A stretch of DNA of 64,000 bases from positions 224,001 through 288,000 of the forward strand of contig CAWGJO010000021.1 in assembly GCA_963822945.1 (NCBI GenBank), written 5' to 3'. Of this stretch, positions 45,480-54,024 are shown in pieces; position 1 is the first letter of the stretch; each line of letters begins with the position of its first letter. The position numbers and the translations under genes were made by a program. The notes under the pieces are model-generated. The model did no database searches and was not told the origin of the DNA. It saw only the letters and a list, made by a program, of their open reading frames with translations. Source of the DNA: an uncultured Gemmatimonadaceae bacterium (GTDB lineage Bacteria > Gemmatimonadota > Gemmatimonadetes > Gemmatimonadales > Gemmatimonadaceae).

Positions 45480-46420
45480 GGATGGCGGTGCTGGTGACCA
45501 CCTACGGGCGGCGCGACTACCTCCAGCGCTGTCTCGATTCCCTGCTCTCGCAAGAGCGGCTCCCGGACGAGATAGTGATCGTGACGCGCGTAGGAGACGC
45601 GCCCACCGAGGAGTTGGTGGGAGGGCTGTTGCAGAGCTACTCGGGGCCGGTCTCACTGTGTCACGGCCGCGTGGAAGAGCCCGGAGTACTCGCGGCGAAC
45701 CGCGTAGGCATGAAGCTCGTCACCGCCGACACCGTCAGCTTCATCGACGACGACGCGCGAGCTCATCCCGACTGGCTCGCACGCATAGAAAAGTGGTTCG
45801 AGTCGGATCCCACGATCGGTGCGGTGGGCGGGCGCGACATCACCCATACCGACAACGGCATCGTGGCGCATCGCGCGCGCACGGTGGCTCGCATCTACTG
45901 GTACGGACGCATCGTGGGCAACCACGAGAGCATTTACCCGCGTTCGAGTGAAGCGCAGCACCTGAAGGGCGTGAACATGAGCTTTCGGCGGGAGCTGATG
46001 GCGCCTTTCGACGAGCTCATCCTGGGCAACGCGCATCACTACGAAACCGACCTTTGCTTTGCCGTTCGAAACAGCGGCTATCGCATCATCTTCGATGGTC
46101 GCATCCTGGTGGACCACTTCGTGGACGCGCCGCGCCACTTGTCTGGCAATCAGGCGGGAGCCGACGTGAAGCGCAAGTTCTTCATGCATCACAATCGCGT
46201 GTACGTGATGCTGAAGAACCTCGACCCTGGGCGCAGCGGCGCTTTCCTGTTCTACACCTTCGTAATCGACGGCGTTTCGGAGCTCGCGCGGATCGCAGCG
46301 CGTCGCCCCGGGACCAGCCTGGCCATTCTCGGATCCATGTACCGGGGAAAGATCGCCGGCCTCAAGGACTACGCCCGCGCCCGCTGGCGCAAGCGCCGCG
46401 CGAACCCGCGGAACGACTGA
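45476..46420 (+). CDS. Glycosyltransferase family 2
   Basis: VLVTTYGR, FIDDD, LKGVNMSFRR, YETDLC; ATGA overlap with the previous gene. Confidence 0.92.
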   Translation: MRMAVLVTTYGRRDYLQRCLDSLLSQERLPDEIVIVTRVGDAPTEELVGGLLQSYSGPVSLCHGRVEEPGVLAANRVGMKLVTADTVSFIDDDARAHPDWLARIEKWFESDPTIGAVGGRDITHTDNGIVAHRARTVARIYWYGRIVGNHESIYPRSSEAQHLKGVNMSFRRELMAPFDELILGNAHHYETDLCFAVRNSGYRIIFDGRILVDHFVDAPRHLSGNQAGADVKRKFFMHHNRVYVMLKNLDPGRSGAFLFYTFVIDGVSELARIAARRPGTSLAILGSMYRGKIAGLKDYARARWRKRRANPRND

Positions 46421-46434
46421 CCTGCCGGGCGGCA

Positions 46435-46915
46435 GTGGGCAAGACGGACCGGCCACGGCGCTCTCGGGGGACCCAGGACGGCAGCCCGTCGCGAAAAGAC
46501 AAGCGCGAGGTGTACGAGCGGGACCACGCGCAGTGCGCCTACGTCTCGGAGGACGGCGTGCGCTGCGCGTCCAAAGCGTTTCTTCAGTACGACCATGTCG
46601 AGCCGCGGGCTCTCGGCGGCAGCGGCAAGGCCGACGAGAGCCGGCTGCTCTGCCAGAGAGCACAACTTGCATCACGCAAAACAGGTTTTCGGCCGGGAGC
46701 CCGTGGAGCGAGCGATGGACTTGCGCCAGCGAAAGTCACAGCCAGCCGAACTGGGTCCCGCGGAGCAGAAGCGGCAAAAGCTCCTCGCCGCGCTCATGGC
46801 GCAGGGCTTCAAGAAGGCCGAGAGCAAGCAGGTCGTGGCCAACGTGGCGCGCGACGCGACCTCGTCCATGGAAGAGCTGCTCCGCCGTGCGCTCGCGTTG
46901 CTCGTTCCGGGATGA
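46435..46915 (+). pseudogene. 5'-truncated HNH endonuclease with RuvA-C-like helical tail (frameshift near 46655)
   Basis: REVYERDHAQCAYVSEDGVRC...QYDHVEPRALGG...RLLC/REHN, then LAALMAQGFKKAES...MEELLRRALALL. Confidence 0.7.
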
Positions 46916-47013
46916 CTTCAGCGCCACCGTCGACGTCGCGCTGGAAAAGCGCACCCACTAAGGTGTGAGGAGAGCCAGATTTTGTTGGTCTTCCGCGAAA
47001 GCGCCACGGACGC

Positions 47014-47499
47014 TCAGAAGTAGTCCGTCGGGTCCAAGTCGCGGAACTCGCAGTAGGCCACCAGGTCGGCGCGAATCAGCCGGAGAGCGATGGCGACGGC
47101 CAGCACGTCGTCGAGTTGGCCGATGCCCGGTATGGCGTCGGGGATCAGGTCCGTGGGGCTGATGAAGTACAGCGCCGCCGCCACGGCCACGGCCAGCGTG
47201 TACCAGCGCACCCGCCGATAGCGCCCCGCCCAATAGTCGTCCACCAGATCCAAGAGCAGGCGCACGCGATTGGTGAGCTTCTGCATGCGATCGGGGATCT
47301 CGCGCAGTTTTTCGAACACCATCTGCCGCGATTCGTGCAGCCGGTCGAGCTGACGATGACGGAGATTGCGCGTCGCCCGGCGCAGCACTTCCAGGATGCG
47401 CTTGTCGTCCGTCAGCGGCTCCGACACCGGTGCCGCAGCCGACGGCGGCGCGCTGTCGGCACCATTGGCAGATTCGGCAACATCGGAATGTCCAGCCAT
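47014..47499 (-). CDS. YkvA/DUF1232 membrane protein
   Basis: ALYFISPTDLIPDAIPGIGQLDD. Confidence 0.92.
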   Translation of the reverse strand: MAGHSDVAESANGADSAPPSAAAPVSEPLTDDKRILEVLRRATRNLRHRQLDRLHESRQMVFEKLREIPDRMQKLTNRVRLLLDLVDDYWAGRYRRVRWYTLAVAVAAALYFISPTDLIPDAIPGIGQLDDVLAVAIALRLIRADLVAYCEFRDLDPTDYF

Positions 47500-47559
47500 G
47501 AAATTCACCCTACCACCCTGCCCGGGCGAAACAACGGCTGGACGCCCCCAGTCCGGACC

Positions 47560-48590
47560 TCAGAGGCAACCGTCGAGCTGCGCGCCTTCGCGGATCCAGC
47601 GTTGGATCAGGAGCATCCGATCACGTGGGTGCTCGGCGTCCAGACTGATGCCAAGGGGCATGGGCTCCCCCCGCACGAACCACTCGCGCAGCCGCGTGTC
47701 TTCCTTCGGCGGCGGTGGCGGGCACAGCCCATCGGGGCCGAAGCCGACCTGATAGCGCGTCACGCACACCGTCGCCGGCTCAGCGGACGTGCGAAACGAG
47801 TCAGTTTTCCGCAGCAGCTTGTACATCAGATAGCTGTTGTAGGGCCGCCCCGGATCGATGATCGGCATGCTCACGCCGAGGCGCGCCGGGCTCTCGAGCA
47901 CCACGCCAGTCTTGCCGCCGATCTCGGTTTCGTGAGCCGGACGGTCGATCGCGGTCACGACGATCCCCGCCGCGGAGTCGAGCACCAGTCCCATGGGGGG
48001 ACTGCCTTCCGACGAGTGGCACGCCGCGCTCGCGCAGCCACCGTTTTGGGCGGCGAACGCCGCGAGGGCGAGCTCGCAGGTGACGGGCGCCTCGTCTTCG
48101 GGTGGCGGAGGCGGATCCACCTTCGCGGTTCGGAAATCGAACTTCAACGGCACCGGCCCTTCGCCCAGAGGCGCGCCGTCGAAGGCGCGGAAACCAAATG
48201 ACCCGTCGTCCGTGGGAACCACCAGCTCCACGGTGTAGAGCACGCCGGGCAGATACCAGCCGCCGTCGGAGAGACGGAACGAGAGCACCCGTTCCACCAT
48301 GTCGTACTCCGGCTGAAGAAATACGCCGAGGTCCGGGTCGCCGGTGAAGACGTGAAGCGACTGACGGACCGCGGTCTCGGGCAACAGGTAGCGGTCGAAC
48401 CGGATCTGGATCACGGCATCCCGCGGGACACCGCAGTCCGCGGGGCTCGACACGCGTACACTCGGTGCCGGCTTCGGGCTCCGGGTAGATCGCCACCGCG
48501 TGCAGCGGCGGACCCACACCCTCGTCCAGATCTGGCGAACCTTGATCGCAACTCGCCGCCGAGAGGGCGACGGCTGCGAGGAAAATCAGC
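47560..48590 (-). CDS. Lipoprotein with Ig-like domain and putative c-type cytochrome domain carrying CX4CH (start uncertain, frameshift near 48450)
   Basis: LIFLAAVALSAAS-C lipobox, VPRDAVIQIRFD...FDFRT Ig-like part, GCASAACH, PGRPYNSYLMYKL, MPLG...LIQRWIREGA. Confidence 0.7.
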
Positions 48591-48840
48591 TCTCGGAGTA
48601 GAGGTTGAGCTGATCGCGGACGGTGTCCTCGGTCACGCCGCTGCGGATGTGCTCCTTGAGGCAGTCCGCGAGCGTGATCAGGAGGTCGTCCACGCCCTTT
48701 TCCTCGATGATCTTCGACAGCAGCCTGCGGGCTTCTTTGCTGTCGTCCTCCCGGAGGAACTCGCGCACCTTCTCGACGGAGATATCTCCCTGAAAATCCA
48801 GGTACATATTTGTCAGAAGATAGCGAACCAGCTCCTTCAA
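48586..48840 (-). CDS. Small acidic helical protein (84 aa)
   Basis: AAGGAGG 6 nt upstream of TTG at 48840; MKELVRYLLTNMYLDFQGDIS...; strong codon bias. Confidence 0.8.
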   Translation of the reverse strand: MKELVRYLLTNMYLDFQGDISVEKVREFLREDDSKEARRLLSKIIEEKGVDDLLITLADCLKEHIRSGVTEDTVRDQLNLYSES

Positions 48841-48963
48841 AGGGCGCCTCCTTGGAGTCCGGCAGGCCGTGGCCGGAAGGCCCATGCCTATACCCGCCGG
48901 GCGAACGGTCGCGCAAGCGGATTGCGGCCCTCGCCCCCGTTTTCCTGGTCGGCCGGCGAGCCA

Positions 48964-50328
48964 TCAGCGGCACTCCAGGAGCTGGGGATCGGCAGGATCG
49001 TGGCAAACCAGGCACGGACGGGCGTTTTTGCGCAGTGCCGTACGGCATCGGCTGCGGAAGTCCGACGGATGCGGATTGGTGCCCTGACCCATGAGCCCCC
49101 CGGGCCCTCGGCCCCCGACCCGGGTGCTGGCGTGGCACAGGGCGCAGTCGCGCTCCACGTGGCAGCTGACACAAGCCTCGATGTTGCGCTGTGCCTCCCA
49201 GGCGTGGTGCCCGGCGGTCCTGGGTGGATCGGTCCACACGCTCTTGGGCGGGTGGAAGCGACCGCGACCCGCGAACGCCGCATAGGGGCCGCTCAGGGTG
49301 ACCCCCGCTCTTTGGTGGCACGAGACGCAGAACGACTGAGCGCGGTGGCAGCTCGAGCAACGCGGGCTGTTCTGCCGCGCCGCCGTGGGGTGCATGCTGA
49401 TCCAGTCGTTGGGATGCACCTTGCGCGGACGCACTCGGCCATCGTGGCAGTCGGTGCAGTCCTTCTCGGAGTGACAGCTGCTGCAAAACTGACTGTCGTT
49501 CCCGGCCACCTCTCGATGACGCAGGATCCAATCCGGCCCGTGGCCGGCGTCGTGTAGCCAGCGCGGGGGCACCAGCTTGCCCGAAACGAACGCGGTCTTC
49601 ATCACACCGCCTCGCTCCGTCAGGTGGCAATTGTCACAGGCGCCCCTGGCTTTGCCGGCCGCGGGCCCCGACATCTGGTGGCACGAAAAGCATCCGCGCA
49701 TGCGCGGCATCTGGTCGCGCGTCGCCAGCTCTATGCTGTCCACCTGGCCGTGGCATTGGGCGCACGCGATGTTCCGCGCCAAGTGCGCCGCATGGTTCAT
49801 CTTGAGGTTGGGGGTCGGAAGCACGAGCCGCTCTACCCGGTTGCCCGCCTTGGGGTCGTAGCCCACGTGGCAGAACGCGCACTGACCGATGAGCTCGTCC
49901 GCGTTGGTGGTGACGGCATCCAGATTTCGATGATCGCTGCCGTGGCATGCATCGCAACGCGTGGCGGGGGGCAACAGACGGTCCTTCGACCGCTTGCTGG
50001 TCTTCGCCGCTTCGTGACAGCCGGTACAGGGGATGCCCAACTGGCGCACGTGCTTCTTGTGATTGAAGCGGATGGTGAGGCGCTGCGGCGGGAAAATCCC
50101 GGGGCTCGGGCCACGGCCAGCCTCCGCGCCCGGCGGCCTGTCCACCAAGGGGACCGGCGCGTCGCCGGGCAGCGGTGCCAGGCCATGCACGGAGGCGGCC
50201 GCGACGGACCCGGTCGGCGCCGCGACGGCCGGACCGGGGCGGGCTCGCGCCGGACCGACATCAAAGAAAATGCCGAAACCGAGAGCGGCCACGCAGGCCA
50301 TCAGGAAAAACCAGGTGGAGCGCTTCAT
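48964..50328 (-). CDS. Exported multiheme c-type cytochrome, 13 CxxCH motifs, with class III (c3/c7)-like N-terminal half
   Basis: Counted CTGCH, CDACH, CAFCH, CAQCH, CFSCH, CDNCH, CSSCH, CTDCH, CSSCH, CVSCH, CVSCH, CALCH, CLVCH; FNHKKH and MNHAAH; signal peptide. Confidence 0.93.
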   Translation of the reverse strand: MKRSTWFFLMACVAALGFGIFFDVGPARARPGPAVAAPTGSVAAASVHGLAPLPGDAPVPLVDRPPGAEAGRGPSPGIFPPQRLTIRFNHKKHVRQLGIPCTGCHEAAKTSKRSKDRLLPPATRCDACHGSDHRNLDAVTTNADELIGQCAFCHVGYDPKAGNRVERLVLPTPNLKMNHAAHLARNIACAQCHGQVDSIELATRDQMPRMRGCFSCHQMSGPAAGKARGACDNCHLTERGGVMKTAFVSGKLVPPRWLHDAGHGPDWILRHREVAGNDSQFCSSCHSEKDCTDCHDGRVRPRKVHPNDWISMHPTAARQNSPRCSSCHRAQSFCVSCHQRAGVTLSGPYAAFAGRGRFHPPKSVWTDPPRTAGHHAWEAQRNIEACVSCHVERDCALCHASTRVGGRGPGGLMGQGTNPHPSDFRSRCRTALRKNARPCLVCHDPADPQLLECR

Positions 50329-51833
50329 TTGAGCACCGTGACGTCGACGGTGGCGAGCACGCGGTAACGCTGGCCCACCAAGCGGTTCATGCTGTGCTCC
50401 CACTCCAGCCCGACACGAGTGCGCGAAAGCGGCGAGTAGCCTCCGCCCAGCACGTAGCTGAAGCTGGTGGCATCTCGCTGCGGGCGCAGCGCATCGCTCC
50501 AGTCGTACAAGGACAGCACCACCATTGCATCGTACAGTCCGTAGTCGAACGCTTGGCGGGTAGTAACGTCGCCGCCCACCCGGTGGCCGCGATCCCCGGT
50601 CTCCCCCGTGCCGCGCAGCTCCACGCTACCCTCCTGCCAGCGATAGCGACCGCCCGCTGTTCCGAGAGCGTCCGCCATCAACCCCGACTCGCTGCGGTCC
50701 GCCGTGCTCGCGTAGGTGTCGGCGTTGCCTTCGGTGCGAAACAGGCGCGCGCCCCCCGACAGCGCCACATCGAAACGCCGTGATGCACGGTACTCGGCCC
50801 GGCCTAGATACGTGGTGGTGGCCTCGTGAGTAAACCAGTTGAAGATGGAGTCCGCGTCGAAGGTCGGAAAGTAGTAGTCGTAGTCCGCACCCACGGTGAG
50901 CTTGTCGGTCGCGTACCAGTCGGCGGCCAGGGCATGCTCGCTGAAGATTTGGTTGTAGAAGTCGTACACGACGCTGCCGCGGACGGCCCCCAGGCTGGCC
51001 GTGGAGAGGCGCGCGGAGTAGCCGATTCGCTCGCTGGAAACGCGATCCCCGCCCACGGTGACGAAGCCGCCGCCGGCGTCCGCAAACGGCGAGACGACGA
51101 CCGTGTCGCGGTTGATCACCTTGCGATAGGAAAGCCGGCCGTGCACCCACGACACGCCGCTGCTCTCGATGGCGAAGCCGTAGGCGGGAGCGAGCTGGGA
51201 TTCCTCCAGGTAGTACGGATATTGACTGGCCTCCAGCTCGCTGCGGTTGCCTCGGTACACGCCGTCGGCGGTGTAGCGCGAGGTCGCGAGCAGAGCGGGT
51301 AGACCCCCGCGTTGCTCGAAGCCTCCGTAGGCCTCCACCTGGAAGTAGGCCGGCGTCGTGATACGCAACAAGCCACCGTCGAAGGACCACCAGCCGAGGG
51401 CATCCGTCGTGTACTGGCGCCCCAGTCGGAATCCGAGCCAGCCGCCCAGATAGCGTTCGCCCTCCAGGTAGGCGTACATCACGTCCACGGGCGAGCGCTC
51501 CAGACCCGGGATGAAGCGCCCCGAGTTGTTCGGGTTCAGCTCCCCACCTTCTTGGCCAAAATCCGAGTCGAGCCGCATGCGCAGCTTGAAGCTCAGCCGC
51601 GGACCGAAGCCGACGCCGTCACCACCGATGTCGTACACCCCGAGGCCCAGGGTCTGGGTGTAGCGACGGCGGCGTACGATGGGATCGCCGTAGGGGCTGG
51701 CGAGGGTGTAGAACTGCGCGTCGGTAGTGGACTGCACCTCTGCTTCCATCGCCCGCGCGCGGGCCGGAGCCAGCACAAAAGCCAGGGTCAAGCAAAGACC
51801 CGCCGCCGCCGTACCTCTGGGCGCGGCCCTCAT
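50325..51833 (-). CDS. Large outer-membrane beta-barrel (putative cytochrome-associated porin)
   Basis: Signal peptide ending ARA-M, about 500 aa rich in Tyr/Gly/Arg alternating strands (LGFRLGRQY, VGLEWEH, YRVLATVDV); ATGA overlap with the cytochrome gene. Confidence 0.78.
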   Translation of the reverse strand: MRAAPRGTAAAGLCLTLAFVLAPARARAMEAEVQSTTDAQFYTLASPYGDPIVRRRRYTQTLGLGVYDIGGDGVGFGPRLSFKLRMRLDSDFGQEGGELNPNNSGRFIPGLERSPVDVMYAYLEGERYLGGWLGFRLGRQYTTDALGWWSFDGGLLRITTPAYFQVEAYGGFEQRGGLPALLATSRYTADGVYRGNRSELEASQYPYYLEESQLAPAYGFAIESSGVSWVHGRLSYRKVINRDTVVVSPFADAGGGFVTVGGDRVSSERIGYSARLSTASLGAVRGSVVYDFYNQIFSEHALAADWYATDKLTVGADYDYYFPTFDADSIFNWFTHEATTTYLGRAEYRASRRFDVALSGGARLFRTEGNADTYASTADRSESGLMADALGTAGGRYRWQEGSVELRGTGETGDRGHRVGGDVTTRQAFDYGLYDAMVVLSLYDWSDALRPQRDATSFSYVLGGGYSPLSRTRVGLEWEHSMNRLVGQRYRVLATVDVTVLK

Positions 51834-51910
51834 CCAACCGTCTCGTCCGCGCCGCCGAGCACGAAAGCGAGGATCGTCGACGCCACGCGGCGCTGTCAAC
51901 TGCGGTCGTG

Positions 51911-52864
51911 TCAGGCGGCGGCGCGGGTGTCGGCGCGCGTCCAGGCGCGAATCGGGTCCAGATCGAAGGCCGCCAGAAAGGGCTCGACCTCCTCCAACGC
52001 CCCGACACGCTTGGCTTCAGCGCCCAGTCTGAGGGCAGCGGCGCGCGCCACCGCCGCGACGAGAGGATGCGGAGCCGCGCTCAGGGCCACGACGTCGGGC
52101 AACACGTCCCGAGCGCCGAGCTCGGCGGCCAGCACGGCCGCGAGCGCCCGCGGGTCCGCCGCTCCGCTGGGCGCATCGCAAATGGCGGCAACGAGCGCAT
52201 CGCGGGTGCGCACGCCGGAGATGGTGCCGCGAGCATGTCGATAGCTCTCGGGAGCGAGGGACAACCGCTCACCCAGCTCCCCCGTCCCGAGCACCCGCCG
52301 CGCCTCGGCGAGCAGACGCTCGAAGGCTGGCTCGAACGGGTCCTCCAGTGCCGTAGTGCCATCCAAGTCCAGGGCGATGGGCAGTGCTGCCTCTCGAGCG
52401 TAGCTCTCCAGGTGGGCCTCCAGACGCTCCAAGCTGACGGCACCGCGCGCGCGACCGAACAGGACGTCGCGCTCCGTTCGGATGGTCACCATGCTCCAGC
52501 GCGTGGATGGGGTCGCGTGATCCATGTCGTGAATGAACTCCACGGCCAGCGAGCGAACCGCAGCCCAGCGCAATACCCGTGGCGTCGGCTCGGAGTGCAC
52601 CAACACGCCCCACGGGACGATGGTCATGCGGTGCGCCGAGCTGCCACGACGCGTGGGCCCCGCTTCGCGCAAGGTCAAGAGCGTCGCGAGCACGCCGGCG
52701 ACCGTCGCGGCACACGCCGTGGAAAGCTCAGCTCCGCCCATGAACACGCCAGCGCCGAACGCGCCGAAGCCGGCTCCCGCAGCCAGGAGACGAACGTCGC
52801 GCGGGGGCGGTGCCGGCTCCAGGCTCACGTAGCGAAAGTCCGGGGGCGGTGCCGAGCGACTCAT
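51911..52864 (-). CDS. Hypothetical membrane protein (2 TM, helical C-terminus)
   Basis: 317-aa ORF with two N-terminal hydrophobic helices and a TACGCT hexamer 8 nt upstream. Confidence 0.7.
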   Translation of the reverse strand: MSRSAPPPDFRYVSLEPAPPPRDVRLLAAGAGFGAFGAGVFMGGAELSTACAATVAGVLATLLTLREAGPTRRGSSAHRMTIVPWGVLVHSEPTPRVLRWAAVRSLAVEFIHDMDHATPSTRWSMVTIRTERDVLFGRARGAVSLERLEAHLESYAREAALPIALDLDGTTALEDPFEPAFERLLAEARRVLGTGELGERLSLAPESYRHARGTISGVRTRDALVAAICDAPSGAADPRALAAVLAAELGARDVLPDVVALSAAPHPLVAAVARAAALRLGAEAKRVGALEEVEPFLAAFDLDPIRAWTRADTRAAA

Positions 52865-52934
52865 CTCCCCTCAGCGTAGCAGCGGAAAACACGTTGCGCT
52901 TGACGAACCCGGGCGCTGGCGATTTCGTAGTGCC

Positions 52935-54023
52935 GTGCCCATCCAGGGAGCCTCATTATCCGACGTGCTCGGTCGACCGATGCAGGGCGTCGCCCGGATC
53001 GTGCTCGAGCATCATCGGGGTGAGCGCTTTCGCCCCATGGCCATCTTGGAGTTTTCCCTGGGGTTCATCTGCCTCCTGTGCCTGCTGCCGCTGATCATTT
53101 TGATCATGCTGTTCAGCGAGACCGATCTGGAGATCCCCACGGTGCGCGGGCGCTTCTACCAGCGCTGGCACGAGCTCCGGCTTCACCTGTTGGATCCCCC
53201 GGGGCGCGCTGTTTGGGGAACGACGGTGGTGCCCACGTCGGCGGAAGAGGGCCGGGCGACGGTCGCCGCGGTCCTGGCAGCGGCGGAGCGCGAGCAAGTG
53301 GTGGTTCAGGAAGTGCTCGCGGGACCGGTGAACGAGGTTCTGGAGACCTGGTACGGCGGTCGTCCGCTGCTCACGCATCCGGAGCTGCTCAACGAAGAGC
53401 AGTCGATCGCGGTGCTGACGCAGCACGGCGTCCAGGTGGTTCGCGAGCCGGATGCCTTGGTGCTCGTCGACGAAGCCGAGCCCCTGAGCACCGTTCAGCG
53501 CATGCTCGGCTGGCTGATGGCCATCGTGCTCGTACCGTTCGTTCCGCTGCTGCTGCTCATGGAGCAAGGCCGGCGCGCCCTGCGTTTGGCCTGGATGGAC
53601 CTGAGGGGAGGTCCCCCCACCCGTCGCGTGATCAGCGTGCGCGCCGAGACCCTCCGCACCCACAAAGAAAAGGGCCCGGAGCACTGGGACGAGACGGTGA
53701 TCGACGGCCGTGATCTGTTGGGCATCACGTTTTCGCCGACCCTGGGCTACGACCGCGACGTCACACGGCAACCCGCCAGCTTGCGCCTGATCGGGCGGCA
53801 GGGCTCGAGCACGTTGTCCTTGGCCCGGGCGGAGCAGGCCGGACGGGCACTCCGGGACGTGCTCTTGGCAGCCACCCTGCGCCTGCGCGAGGCCCGTCCG
53901 GAGCTGGGCCTGCTGGGCGAGGGGCCGCACCCGACGCGCTGTCCATTCTGCGCTGCGCGCTACGTGATGGCGCCCGGTGCGCGCTGTCCGAGCTGTGGCG
54001 CCCACGCGGGCACCACGCCCTGA
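52935..54023 (+). CDS. Hypothetical membrane protein with C-terminal zinc ribbon
   Basis: Two TM segments; CPFC-x10-CPSC at the C-terminus; start may be 52980. Confidence 0.7.
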   Translation: MPIQGASLSDVLGRPMQGVARIVLEHHRGERFRPMAILEFSLGFICLLCLLPLIILIMLFSETDLEIPTVRGRFYQRWHELRLHLLDPPGRAVWGTTVVPTSAEEGRATVAAVLAAAEREQVVVQEVLAGPVNEVLETWYGGRPLLTHPELLNEEQSIAVLTQHGVQVVREPDALVLVDEAEPLSTVQRMLGWLMAIVLVPFVPLLLLMEQGRRALRLAWMDLRGGPPTRRVISVRAETLRTHKEKGPEHWDETVIDGRDLLGITFSPTLGYDRDVTRQPASLRLIGRQGSSTLSLARAEQAGRALRDVLLAATLRLREARPELGLLGEGPHPTRCPFCAARYVMAPGARCPSCGAHAGTTP

Positions 54024-54024
54024 G

